Both the position numbers and the translations under genes were made by a program. The notes beneath the pieces are model-generated. The model was not told the origin of the DNA, searched no databases, and worked only from the letters and a program-made list of their open reading frames with translations. This document shows positions 63,259-64,000 of a stretch of 64,000 nt of DNA, one piece after another (the first letter of the stretch is position 1; every line of letters begins with the position of its first letter). The DNA is from an uncultured Pseudomonadota bacterium (GTDB lineage Bacteria > Pseudomonadota > Alphaproteobacteria > Rhizobiales > Xanthobacteraceae), in NCBI GenBank assembly GCA_963702605.1, contig CAVPDI010000028.1:79060-143059 (forward strand), given 5' to 3'.

Positions 63259-64000
<742 letters not shown>

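Overview
GC-rich alphaproteobacterial chromosome segment; gene order and repeats suggest Hyphomicrobiales (Xanthobacteraceae/Nitrobacteraceae-like), which is an inference. It is mostly core genome: argG (3' end), sdhCDAB, leuB/asd/leuD/leuC, ffh-rpsP-rimM-trmD-rplS, dapF-mtaB, ftsY, ccmABCDG, acnA, ybbAP/tesA, zapE and mdh-sucCDAB-lpdA. Small accessory modules are interspersed: a Met-rich MXKDX peptide with cytochrome b and an MsrP-like molybdoenzyme, a cobalamin riboswitch ahead of class Ia nrdAB, sorAB, and two small secreted Cys-hairpin proteins. I saw no transposase, prophage, CRISPR array, tRNA or rRNA. About 15 single-base frameshifts in 12 genes, including ftsY, asd, sucC and lpdA, most likely reflect long-read consensus errors. 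The best candidate for something undescribed is a 31-aa ORF absent from the ORF track. It lies between the rplS terminator and leuC, has its own sigma70-type promoter and appears leaderless, so it may be a non-classical leader or arrest peptide. Other candidates are an unannotated structured sRNA (43627-43800), tandem secreted proteins sharing an exact YPGP...C-x20-C-W end, and a possibly switchable acnA 5' UTR.
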